64,000 nucleotides of DNA from Carcharhinus amblyrhynchos (Eukaryota): positions 71,114,001 through 71,178,000 of the forward strand of contig OZ336878.1 of the NCBI GenBank assembly GCA_965287045.1. The letters are read 5' to 3'. The translations under genes were made by a program, and so were the position numbers. Below, one piece after another: positions 52,791-63,832 of the stretch. Below the pieces are notes generated by a model. The model did not search any database. It saw nothing but the letters and a program-made list of their open reading frames with translations, and was not told the DNA's origin. The first letter of the stretch is position 1. Each line of letters begins with the position of its first letter.

Positions 52791-53906
52791 AAGAAACTAC
52801 TCCAGATTTTCAGCAGCCTTTTCAGATTTGACACAAGCACTTCTTTGTTGTTCTAGCTTTTGTCTTGATATTTCCAAGTAACCCTTAAGCCAAAAAGTCC
52901 ACATTCGACAGATTAAAGAGGTATCTATCAAGTTATTCAATTGTAAACAAAATTGAATTCTTAACAGCTCGTCACAGACTTGAGTGGAAGAGAAAAGAGG
53001 CAATTTCAAAATAGCAAAACATTCCTAAGCGTTGCTGTCATTTTCCAAGTGTGAAAAACAATGTTTGGGGACTTGCTATGCTTCCAGAGAAAGTTGAGTC
53101 GATAATGAGGACTTTAATGTCTTCCTTTCAAAGCTGGGTTAATTAGTGTACCTGCAGATTTTGGCAATGGGCAAATCTCATTCAGACTCAATGTAAATGA
53201 ACAATTATAACTCAATTATAAACACATACATCCTAGGCAGTCAAATAACTCGCTCTCTAATGAAATGAATAACCTAAAAACAGACTATTTTGTTCAATCT
53301 GAAGGCATTGCAGATCTAAACTCGTGTGCCTGTACTCTGCATGGATGTGCTTTTTCCTCAAGGCTGCTACTGCACTGGTTTATGTCAGTAATTCTTTTTT
53401 CTTTTCCACCCCACCCACAACCGATAAGGCCAAGCTTACGATCAAGCTACAAAAAAAACTGAACAGATTTCATTCCATGAAAACAACATTCAAAGCTCTG
53501 CCCCACTTCATATCTAGGATTCCTTGAATATTGCACATCTAGTCTGCCAACATTTGAATATATTATGACAAATTGATCTAAAGCACACACTTTTAAAGTG
53601 GAATTGGATACATACTTGAAAATGGAAAAAAAGAGTTATGGGGAAGTTGTAAAGGACTGGGAATATTTGGTTAGTTCTTTTAGAAAGGTACTACAATAAC
53701 CATGACCTACTTCAGTGCGGTGTGATTCTATGAATACTTTTAAGAAGAGCCAGAATACAACAACCTTAAAGCTTAACAATCTGAAAATTTGTGATGTCCC
53801 ACGAAGGCACTGTAATTTTAAAACAGATATTGAGCTTGACATTCATTCTTTTCACCAGATAAATGATATCCCTAATTTATTCTGCTAGGAACAGGAATTA
53901 ATGTAT

Positions 53907-54210
53907 AAAGTTTACTTATTAGTCACAAGTAAGGTTTACATTAACATGGCAATGAAGTTACTGTGAAAATCCCCTAGCCCCCACACTCCGCTGCCTGTTC
54001 GGGTACACAGAGAGAATTTAGCATGGTCAATGCACTTAACCAGCACATCTTTCAGACTGTGGGTGGAAACTGGAGCGTCCGGAGGAAACCCATGCAGACG
54101 CCAGGAGAACGTGCAGACTCCACACAGACAGTGACCCAAACCAGGAATCGAACCCGGGTCCCTGGCACTGTGAGGCAGCCATACGAACCATTGTGCCACT
54201 ATGCTGCTCC
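53907..54210 (-). mobile_element. V-SINE, full length, alternative tail
   Basis: Antisense GGAGCAGCATAGTGGCACAATGGTTCG...GGGACCCGGGTTCGATTCC...GGGGATTTTCACAGTAACTTCATTG. Confidence 0.93.
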
Positions 54211-54299
54211 AAATGCATAAAAATGCATTCAAAAGAATCGAGTACCAGATAATAGAGTCATAGGGAGGGACATGGACCATGTAAAGTTCTATTGACCTT

Positions 54300-54455
54300 A
54301 GGTGGGATTTTCCGGCCTTGAGGCGAGTGGGCTCGGAAAATCTTGCCTCACTTTTCCTGAAATCTTAAAATCCTGCCTGAGGTCAACAGACCTTCCCATG
54401 CTCTGCCTCTCACCCGCTCCAATTCCCGTGGCAGGTGGGCTGGTAAAATTCTGGC
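54300..54455 (-). mobile_element. Short hairpin-rich MITE-like element
   Basis: Antisense of the 41835-41960 family; hairpin GGGATTTTCCG...CGGAAAATC. Confidence 0.65.
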
Positions 54456-54790
54456 TATAGAGTTTTACAGCACAGAAAGAAGATCTCTGATCCATCGTGT
54501 CTGTGCCGGCATTAAGCACCTATATATTCTAATCCCATTTTCCAGCATCAGAGGCCTAAAACTTTGTATAGTTTAGCATTTCTAAATGCTTCATCGATAT
54601 TGTGAGGGTTCTGCCTCTATCACCCTTTTAGGCAGTAAGTTCCAGATTCCCACCACTCTCTGGGTGAAAATTTTTTACCTCAAATTCCCTCCAAATCTCT
54701 TGCCCTTTACCTGAAAACCTGGTTATTGTCCCCTTGACTAAGGGGTAAAGTTTCTTCCTATCTGTGCTATTAATGCCCCTCATAATACCC
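54456..54790 (-). mobile_element. CR1 LINE 3' end
   Basis: 'tatagagttttacagcacagaa...ttccagattcccaccactctctgggtgaaaa...cccttgactaagggg'. Confidence 0.85.
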
Positions 54791-54946
54791 CACTTGCACT
54801 GACTTCAAATGCTGCACCAAAGCAGTGGGGACCTGAGTCACAAAAAATCCCAAACATTTAAGTTTTTAATACAAAGCCACTGTGTTGCCATTTCTACCAG
54901 AGCCAATTTTGGGGACTCACTCAATTTGGAAATAAAGTTTAAACAT

Positions 54947-55269
54947 GGGCAGCATGGTGGCACAATGGTTAGCATTGCTGCCTCACAGTGCTAGGGACCT
55001 GGGTTCAATTCTGGCCTCGGGTTACTCTGCGTGGAGTTTGCACACTCTCCTTGTGTCTGCATGTGTTTCCCCTCGGCGCTCCATTTTCCTCCCACAGTCC
55101 AAATATGTGCAGGTTAGGAGGATTGGACATGATAAATTGACCCTAGTGTCAGGGGATTAACAGTGTAAATATGTGGGGTTGCTGGAATAGGGCCTAGGTG
55201 GTTTTGTGGTCAGTGCAGTCTCGATGGGCCAAATGACCTCCTTCTGCACTATAGGGATCCTATGATTCT
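54947..55269 (+). mobile_element. HE1 SINE, full length
   Basis: GGGCAGCATGGTGGCACAATGGTTAGCATTGCTGCCTCACAG...GGGTTCAATTC, V domain, then GATGGGCCAAATGACCTCCTTCTGCACTATAGGGATCCTATGATTCT. Confidence 0.95.
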
Positions 55270-55362
55270 GCATATCTGGAAGTATCACAATAGGACATGT
55301 CCCAAAACCAATTGGCTCTTAAATCAGAACAATGTTCGGTAATACAGGGTTTAGTCAAATTT

Positions 55363-56346
55363 TCATAGAATCCCTACAGTGCAGAAGGAGGCCATTCATA
55401 GAACCATAGAAACATAGAAAATTACAGCTCAGAAATAGGCCTTTTGGCCCTTCTTGTCTGTGCCGAACCATTTTTTGCCTAGTCCCACCGACCTGTACCT
55501 GGACCATATCCCTCCACACCCCTCTCATCCATGAACCCGTCTAAGTTTTCCTTAAATGTTAAAAGTGACCCCCCATTTACCACTTTATCCAGCAGCTCAT
55601 TCCACACTCCCACTACTCTCTGCGTGAAGAAGCCCCCCCTAATATTCCCTTTAAACTTTTCTCCTTTCACCCTTAACCCATGCCCTCTGTTTTTTTTTCT
55701 CCTCTAGCTGCAGTAGAAAAAGCCTGCTTGCATTCACTATATCTATACCCACCAAAATCTTATACACCTCTATCAAATCTCTCCTCATTCTTCTACGCTC
55801 CAGGGAATAAGGTCCTAACCTATTCAATCTGTTTCTGCAACTCAGCTTCTCAAGTCCCGGCAACATCCTTGTGAACCTTCTCTGCACTCTTTCAACCTTA
55901 TTTACATCCTTCCTGTAACTAGGTGACCAAAACTGTACACAATACTCTAAATTTGACCTCACCAATCCCTTATACAACATTACCATAACACTCCAACTTT
56001 TATACTTGATACTCCGATTTATAAAGGCCAATGTACCAAAAACACTCTTTACACCCCTATCCACCTGCGATGCCACTTTTAGGGAATTATGTACTGTATT
56101 CCCAGGTCCCTCTGTTCGACTGCACTCTTCAGAGTCCTATCATTTACCCTGTACATTCTACTTTGGTTTGTCCTTCCAAAGTGCAATACAATTCAGTGCA
56201 ATACAATTCAGTGCAATTCAGCCCATCAAGTTTGCACCAATCATAATCCTACCCAGGCCATAACCCCACATATTTACCCTGCTAATCCGCTGACATTAGG
56301 ATGAATTTAGTATGGTCAATCAACCTATCACACACATCTTTGGACT
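55363..56346 (-). mobile_element. 5'-truncated HE1 SINE (55363-55397 and 56216-56346) split by a LINE insertion
   Basis: 'catagaatccctacagtgcagaaggaggccattc' joins seamlessly to 'agcccatcaagtttgcacc...catatttaccctgctaatcc' when the LINE is removed. Confidence 0.85.
55398..56190 (-). mobile_element. CR1/HER1 LINE, 5'-truncated, relatively young
   Basis: ORFs 55651-56076 (LYKGLVRSNLEYCVQFWSPSYRKDVNKVERVQRRFTRMLPGL) and 55479-55670 (FFTQRVVGVWNEL) are the CR1 ORF2 C-terminus with one frameshift; (TTCTATG)-type tail. Confidence 0.96.
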
Positions 56347-56634
56347 TTTACTTTTAATTTAAGTAATATACTGCTCACTTACATTTGCTCAATTTGGTCT
56401 AATTTCAATTCTTTTCCCACACCAAGTAGCACACTAGGGCAGACTGTTGTCAGTTTCCCTTGTTAGTTATTCCTAGAACAGCTTGCTAGTCCATCATCAA
56501 AACTTGGGAAGGCCACTCCATATCAAGTTTGGCTGACCAGGAGTTTGTCCCACTCTTACTGTCAACATTGGTGTATTTGGAAGGATTTGCAAGTCGACAT
56601 TAAAATTGTTCAGTTGTATAATGAACGTATTTTC

Positions 56635-56713
56635 AATGGCCATCAAGTGGGACTCGAACGCAGAACTTCTAGCTGAGAGGCAGTGACACTAACCCCTGTG
56701 TCAAAAGACCTCC
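56635..56713 (-). mobile_element. tRNA-derived SINE head
   Basis: Antisense GGAGGTCTTTTGACACAGGGGTTAGTGTCACTGCCTCTCAGCTAGAAGTTCTGCGTTCGAGTCCCACTTGATGGCC, with A/B-box-like motifs. Confidence 0.55.
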
Positions 56714-56997
56714 CACTTTGGTTGCAAAGTAGAAATCAATTGTTAACATTTCAAAACTTTAAATGAAGTAGATTGATAAATGCACAAGACCGTGGATAAC
56801 AGTTTATAGCACAAAACTAACATCAACTGAATTAAACAGCATTTAAAGTAAACTTTATAGTTCTTGTACAAAAACAAACCAAAATATTTGGAAAGACAAG
56901 CGGCTCCCAACTTTAGCACTCTAGTGAGTGAAGAAAGAAAAGATAAGGGATGGCAGGAGAAGGGAGAGGAACAACTGCAGAAAGACCAGATTTGCAC

Positions 56998-57120
56998 TGA
57001 TGAAAGCCACACACCAGATCGTGAAGACGTTTTCATTCCACAGATGCTGCCAGACCTGCTCTGAGCATTTTAAGCATTTTCAGCTTTATTGTTCAATTTG
57101 CAACACCCGCATTATTTTAT
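56998..57120 (+). mobile_element. Penelope-like terminal fragment
   Basis: 'ccacagatgctgccagacctgctctgagcattttaagcattttc' is the same family as the right arm at 8830-8882. Confidence 0.6.
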
Positions 57121-60100
57121 TTTTGTAATTTTTGTGGCCATGTATGATCTTGCCTGTCACCCTTTGATTTGCCAAAAGATGAAAACCAGCAGTAAAGTTG
57201 AAACTGAGCATTTTAGTTTGGGGGGAGAAACACACACACACGCTAGACGACTTATCCACATTCATTTCCTAAATAGCAGTTAACTACAGTCACAAACACT
57301 CCAGGCACTAAAACATGGCTTCTGCTTGATCATTTAGAGCTGAATTCAGTAAAACTCAAGCCCCCCCCTTCCCCCCAGTGTATCAACTCAACTTCAATTC
57401 CAAGAACTCTCAGTGACTTAATCCGACAGATCAGAAATTGCTGGAAACATAAGATTACGGAAGTGTATTTTTCTTCTGTTGTTCACATCCATACACCAGC
57501 CCAACTGTCTCCTATTGCTCCAAATGGACTCTGCCATTATGTGCTAGCTGGGAACACTTAGTTCTCTGCCGTATCACAAGAGGCTGCTCCAGCTGAGGCA
57601 CTTCCTGTGCATGTGTTGCCTAATGCGTTCAGCACATCATTTGAAGCAATCCAGCTCCCTAGGAGCCAGTAAGACCCCGAATCAAATGAACAGATCTTAT
57701 TTTTATTTTAATGAGGAAACTGGAGTATGAAATGTGAATGACACACACAAATGCCTCTGACAATGGCATTCAACAAGTAGAACTTTACTGTTCCGGTTAG
57801 CTGCAGTTGAAAACAAGTGGCTAGGATTGCTCAACTTCCCAGCACTTCCCTACACAACAAGCTACTTTGTTGTAAATGTAACTCATCCCTTGATGATGAG
57901 TCAATGATGGGATTTAAAATTAATGCTTAGTTATTATAAGTCAGCAAAACAGCAGGCTGAGATATTGTACCCTGTTGTAACCCCAAATGAAATTTCTAAC
58001 AGCACACAAATTGAAGTACTTGACAACACAAAAGTTGTTGATGAGTGCCTATTCTACAAGCTTCAGACAGCAAAGCCCAGAACATTAGTTACTCACAACT
58101 TCAGGGAACAGATGTTTTCCCATACAATCTTGGGTTCTGTAAATACACCCATTAACCAACTAAGATAAACCAAAATGTACACACCTCCCACTCAGGCCAA
58201 CAGAGTATGAACTAATCTCTTAGTCGCTAAACATTAGTTATTCCCTTCCTCTTTCATAAAGAAAACTTTCCATTGTTCTAGCAAAAGGCTCCACCGAGAA
58301 AATATTTGCAAACAGCCACAAAAGCCAAGAAAAATGCTGCTTTATTATCCATTCATACTTGCAAACTAAAATTAAGAAAACCTTCTCCACAGGACAGATA
58401 CACATTTTTAATAAGGGGTAAAGTACATGTCCACCCACATTCTACTTAGTGTTTTCTACAGTAAAGATGACATGAGGACAAGACAACCCTAAAGAATATA
58501 CCAAATAATTATAGCCATTTTAAATTATTTTGGTTCTGTTTCTAATGTGAGCCATATATTCCCAAATTAGGCTAAGGCAGAGTGCTGGGAGCAGTATTAT
58601 GCATCTGATCACAACGATATAACTTGACCATTTTTCCACATCAACAGAATTAAGCTTCCAGAATTTACAGCCATTTTACACGATAGACATAGTGAAAATG
58701 GATGAGTATAAATTAGCGATTTATAAGAAGAAGAACAAGGATGATGCTTTGCACTGGACTGTAGATGAACAAATGAGTGCAGGTGAAGCCATTGGAGGTG
58801 ACATTCCATGAGCATCCAGGGAGGACCAAGACTCAGGATGTTGTTTATATTTGAAAACAAAATCAATGTCCTTTGGCAAATATTCATCTGTTTCCCAACT
58901 TGAACTATACTTCAGTGCAACTTTATATCCATGATCTTGGGACTGTTGTTTTTATTTTATCCTCATTGCCAATGTAATAATTCCTGTTCCCTAGTTAGGC
59001 AAATAAAAGCTGCATTGTTTATTTACATATAACTATAATACAGAGGTTTGCAGCCTCATGGCTGCCAGTCAGCTTCCAGGATTGAATTTATATAGAAGCC
59101 CACACTTGCTAGGATGAACCCCCACCCTGGTCCCTGATTGGTTACCTGGATCCTGTGACCCTCTCGGCAGATCGCTCTATAGAGGGGACAAACACCACAA
59201 GGGCCTAAAGTGTTCCAGCTTGCAGTGTGCAAGTTTGAGGACAGGGCAAGTTCTAGGAACTTCAGTTGAAAGAAGGGGAGAAACAGAAAGGAATTACAAC
59301 ATTTTCCAACAAAGTTTATGGAAGCAATAAATCTAGACTCCTTTTTTTTCTTGTTTTGATTTTCATTTCTGGCTCATTCTTAAGTTACTTCTTCCCTCCT
59401 TCACAATTCAGAAAGCAAAATATTAATCTTATCCAAAAATGTGAAGGAGTCTGGACAGTCTTTGTATTATTTTTTGGCAAGTACGCTATTGTAAAAAAAC
59501 TCACAAATGTTCTGCAGCTTTATATTGAATACTTTGCAACAGTGCCAATTGATGTGTAGGTATCACCAGAATAATTATCTAAGTCATTCATCATCAGTTA
59601 CAAATAACATTGGCAGCATAGACTAATGAGGAATTTTGTTTGCTGCACCACGTCATTAGGAGCCTGTTTGCCAGATGGTAAATAAAACATTAACTATTAC
59701 CAGCATTTTGGCTGCAATCTATTTCATTTGAAATGCTTAAGAGCTTAGTTAATCCTTACTGGATTGAAATAATTTTAAACTGCATATTTGAGAGAAAGAT
59801 ACTTATTTAAAGCCAAAATGATCACATTCTGGCACATTCATAAAACAATCCATCTTTCTTACTTCACCCACCCTTCCTATTTTAGAAAGGCCAGGTCTGC
59901 ACGCTTTCCTGTTTCCAGTGGTTAGGTTTGGAGTGTTCAAAAAAATGCCAAGCTGCACATGGAATAAATATGATTCTGGGCTTTGTCAATCAGTGACTAT
60001 TGCACAGCAAACTCAAAGTTACATTGAAATGAGGCAAGATGGCACAGCCCAGATTCCTGAAATGACAGATTAGCTAACAAAACAAGTCAATGGTCAACTG

Positions 60101-60440
60101 TCAGAAATCTCCAAATTGGAGATATAAATACATTCCTAGAAAGGTTAAAAAGTGGCATATTAAACAATAGCATTCCATGAATGAATCATGAGAGATTAAA
60201 GGTAATCAACAGAAGATAAAGTGAAGGTTCCCAATACAGAAAATAACCAAGATATTAAAACTAAAGGAGTAGTGATAACATTGTGGTTATGTTACTAGAC
60301 TAGTAATCCAAAGGCTGAGACAAATAATTTAGAGACAAAATGCATCATCACAATGGGGAAATTAAATAAATCTGGAATTTAAAAATAACTAGTCTTAGCA
60401 AGATGATCATGAACCTACTGGATTGTGAACAAATCATCTA

Positions 60441-60661
60441 TTTTTATTTATTAGTGTCACAAGTAGGTTTACATTAACAGTGCAATCAAGTTATTGTGAA
60501 AATCCCCTAGTTGCCACAGTCCATTGCCTGTTCAGGTTCAGAGGGAGAATTTAGCATGGCCAATGCATCTAAACAGCACGTCTTTCGGACTGTGGGAGGA
60601 AGCCGGAGCATGTGGAGGAAACCCACGCAGACACGAGGAGAACATGCAGACTCCACACAGA
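60441..60661 (-). mobile_element. 5'-truncated V-SINE, alternative tail
   Basis: Matches 53907-54130 closely. Confidence 0.9.
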
Positions 60662-60683
60662 TGTAGTTCACTGATGTCCTTTT

Positions 60684-60863
60684 GGGCACAGTAAGAAGTC
60701 TCACAACACAAGGTTAAAGTTCAACAGGTTTATTTAGAATCATAAACTTTTGGGGCGCTTCTCCTTCATCAGATGAACCTAACTAAACCTGTTGGACTTT
60801 AACCTGGTGTTGTAAGACTTCTTACTGTGCCCACCCTAGTTCAATGCCAGCATCTCCATATCA
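60684..60863. mobile_element. Penelope-derived inverted-repeat element with 15-bp TSD
   Basis: Arms gggcacagtaagaagtctcacaacacaaggttaaagttcaacaggttta / taaacctgttggactttaacctggtgttgtaagacttcttactgtgccc. tgatgtccttttggg is duplicated at 60672-60686 and 60864-60878. Confidence 0.85.
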
Positions 60864-61819
60864 TGATGTCCTTTTGGGAAGAAAATCTGCCATCCTCACC
60901 TGTTCTGGCTTACATATGAATCTAGGCCAACAGCAATGTTGTTGATTCTTAACTGCCCTCTGAAATGGCCTAACCAGCTACTCATTTGTACCCAAGGAGA
61001 AGGTTCATCACCAACTTCTCAAGGGTAAATGGAACTGCACAATAAATACTGGCTTTAACCACGCTGGTACATTCCTATTAATGAATTTAAAAACATTAGA
61101 AAAGGTAGAATCACTCGCTAATGGAGTACAGCTCACAAAAAACATTTTTCACTGTATCCCAATACATGTGACAATAATAAATCAAATCGCGGTGTAGGGC
61201 AGACTTGATGGACCAGGTTCTCTTTCCCTGTATTTTTTTGTGTGGTTGTAAGGATCCCACCTGGATTATATGTGGAAATAAATCTGAATATGTGTACATA
61301 AAATCACCCTGTAGTCTGTAATTTCCCTGATAGTCTGCATCAGCAAGTTCAATACTGCTCATTACTTTATTAATTACTCTTCCAAGTGATTGAACAATAG
61401 CACCAAAAAGCTACAAACAGCTAGCACCACTAACCAATTTAAAACTAGCTTTAGTAGTGATTTAACAGTAATAAAATTCTTGTACATGGCACATGTCTCT
61501 TGGAAGCACAACGCCTGCTGTCACACTTTAGCAAATCCTCTGACTCACATGAGCGACAGCAGATTGGCTGCTGTATTTGAATAGCAAAACCGAAAGACCC
61601 ACCAGGGAAATAATAGGGGAATTGAAATCATCAGGCTCAAGATGAAACCCACTCAAACCTTTATTCTCATTATTTCTCACAATCCCTTAACTTGCACAAT
61701 CCTTCGTAACTGGCAGTCAGCCAGCCATCCATAACATTTAAAAACACACATCATTCAGTGAACTTTGTCGTGTACAATGTGGTATTTTGTCTTATCATTC
61801 CAGTTTTGAAATACTCAAT

Positions 61820-61990
61820 GATGCAAGCAGTGGCAACACTGTGGTCTTATGATGATGATTTAATTAGGTTAAGGAAACCTGCCAGAAATGTACAAGCCCT
61901 CTACGCAAGGAACTGTAACCTAGCACAAAGTCTCATTGCCATGGAGTTCATTATCCGTTCCCTTTATTCATAAACAAAAGCTGCCCCACC
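61820..61990 (+). promoter_or_regulatory. Candidate APOBEC4 promoter with X-box-like and forkhead-like motifs
   Basis: GTAACCTAGCAC (61915-61926), TTGCCATGGAG (61936-61946) and ATAAACA (61970-61976) lie just upstream of the candidate exon 1. All are imperfect motif matches. Confidence 0.3.
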
Positions 61991-61999
61991 CTCGCTAAC

Positions 62000-62197
62000 A
62001 ACTCACTAACAAAACAAATTCCCCAGCAAATGGACAGAAGCAGAGGTGAAAGAAAAATACGTTTGCAAGATCTACTGTAGGGTTTCACCAAGAGAAGTCC
62101 GACGTTTGGAATACACTTCGTATTTGAGACGAATCGAAAAGACCACAAGTGCCAGGAAAACAGGTTACTGAAGCTTAGCTGGGTCTCCAGGATACAG
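62000..62197 (+). other. Candidate non-coding first exon of APOBEC4 (5' end approximate)
   Basis: Non-repetitive, CpG-enriched patch ending at donor CAG|GTAAAC about 1.56 kb upstream of the APOBEC4 acceptor. Human APOBEC4 also has a non-coding exon 1 and a single coding exon. Confidence 0.45.
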
Positions 62198-63087
62198 GTA
62201 AACACTTAAAACATACACCCTGGATAATTTACATTTCCACCTTCAGGCCTAAGCCTATCATTCTAACTCTGTACTTGACAGTTTCATATTCAGCTCATAA
62301 TAGATTCACAGGAATTTATTTATAATGACTCTAGGCTTTAGTGCCGCGCTCGAGATTCAACACATTGAGTGATATTTATGCAGCACAGCTGAAATGATTT
62401 ATTTCTAGCTCGAAGCCTAGCTAGATTTTACTCCAGCAATAAAGCATATATTTGCATTAGTTTTGCTACCAATTTGTTTTTCTCATTTTGCATTTCAATG
62501 CTGAAACTAATTCTTCTTGCTACTGCTCACACTTGTGGATGCAAGTCTCCATTTAAAAATTACGTGGCCATCAATCATTTATCAAATTTCTCTCAACAGA
62601 GGTGAACCTAAAGGCTACCAACTCCAATTACATATGTTCCTGAAGGTTTCACCATACTACCTCCAATCATCACACTCAGTCAAACAGCTTCTCACCTGCT
62701 TTAGTGTCCTTTGTGCCTTGGAGAGAAGAGGAGAAATCAGACTAAGTTGGGACATCTAAAAATGGGTTCATTATCTCCTGAAACCTCACAGGTGAACGAT
62801 TACAAAGGTCACTTGTGCAACATACCAAGTATATCCGGCACTCGTACAAGCTAAACCTAGTGAAAGGGGCTAAAATATTCAAAGGGCAGAGAAGAAGGGA
62901 AAAATGTCCATTCAAAAAATAAAATTCCAACTCACCAAAATAGGTAGATTGAAAAATCATGGAGAAATTTTATCCCAATGTAATCATGTGCAAATGCACA
63001 TGATGTTATTATCATTTGGTGTTGTTAGTACTTAATAAATTTGCTACGATAATAGTCTCACCACTGGAGAGGTTCTGTCCCAGGCTC

Positions 63088-63310
63088 CCTATTACAGCAC
63101 AGAAACAGGCCATTCAGCCCAACTCTTTTTTATACTATTTATAATCTCCTCTAATTCTATCTAATATATCTTCATATTGTTTTCCTCTCTTCTAGCTTCA
63201 TTTTGAAAGCATCCAAGCTATTTGCATAAACCACTTCCTATGGAAGTAAGGCCCACATTCTAAGCACTAAGTAAAGACATTTCTAATTTCCATATTGAAA
63301 TTATTAGTAA
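63088..63310 (-). mobile_element. Decayed CR1 LINE 3' end
   Basis: 'ttacagcacagaaacaggccattcagccca...cccacattctaagcact'. Confidence 0.7.
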
Positions 63311-63419
63311 CTATCTGCTATTTATGGCCAATACAAAAAGAAATGTTGCAAATGCTAGAAAACTGAAACAGAAAGATTCAAAACCTGAAATAATTTTAAA
63401 AGAAGGCATGCTGACAAAA

Positions 63420-63628
63420 GGGCCAGAATTCTCTTGCCCTTCATGCCAGCGGGATTCTCCGGTCCTGGCAGCAGTGCACTCCTGTCCATAGTTTCCCACC
63501 GGCATGGGTGTGATGTCAAGGGGATTTTCCACTGATAGCACCAGGGCCAGAGAATCCTGCCACTAACAAACAACGCAACACCTCCCGCTGGCGGGAAACA
63601 CTTGGCTGGGAGGCTGGAGAATCCTGCC
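63420..63628. mobile_element. MITE-like element with terminal inverted repeats
   Basis: GGGCCAGAATTCTC ... GAGAATCCTGCC termini, with internal repeats of GGATTCTC/GAGAATCC. Confidence 0.7.
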
Positions 63629-63757
63629 GAAGGTTTTGAGTTTCCATTGTCTACTTTTATACTAAATTTGGAACATTGACTGCCTTTCCTTCTTACACAA
63701 TCCCTGTAAAAGCACCTTTCTGTAAATAATCAGCACCCATTTTAACTTCTCTTTCAG

Positions 63758-63832
63758 GAATACATTTTTCTTAAAGGATTATGATGGTGCAATGAAATTA
63801 TACTTTCCAAATGCGGAGATGAACCAGCCATC
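63758..63832 (+). other. APOBEC4 coding-exon 5' UTR (after splice acceptor)
   Basis: Pyrimidine tract and acceptor ttttaacttctctttcag|G at 63757/63758; in-frame TGA at 63782 precedes the start codon. Confidence 0.7.

Larger units (their letters stand above)
60268..61095 (+). mobile_element. Old tRNA-derived SINE with LINE-type tail, host of two later insertions
   Basis: 'gttactagactagtaatcca...aataaatctggaatt...atcatct' | 'agttcactgatgtccttttggg' | 'aagaaaatctgccatcctcacctg...cagcaatgttgttgattcttaactgccctctgaaatggcc...aataaatactggc'. Confidence 0.7.

Noticed and set aside
54947-55020. tRNA genes suggested by A/B boxes here and in other SINE heads
   Set aside because: They continue into V-domain or Deu-domain SINE bodies and lack a complete cloverleaf.
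55479-56076. Host protein-coding gene from 141-aa and 63-aa ORFs
   Set aside because: Clear CR1 ORF2 C-terminus, truncated and frameshifted.
62081-62197. 39-codon open frame as a coding extension of APOBEC4
   Set aside because: Preceded by TAG with no ATG of its own, and after splicing it meets the in-frame TGA at 63782; treated as UTR.
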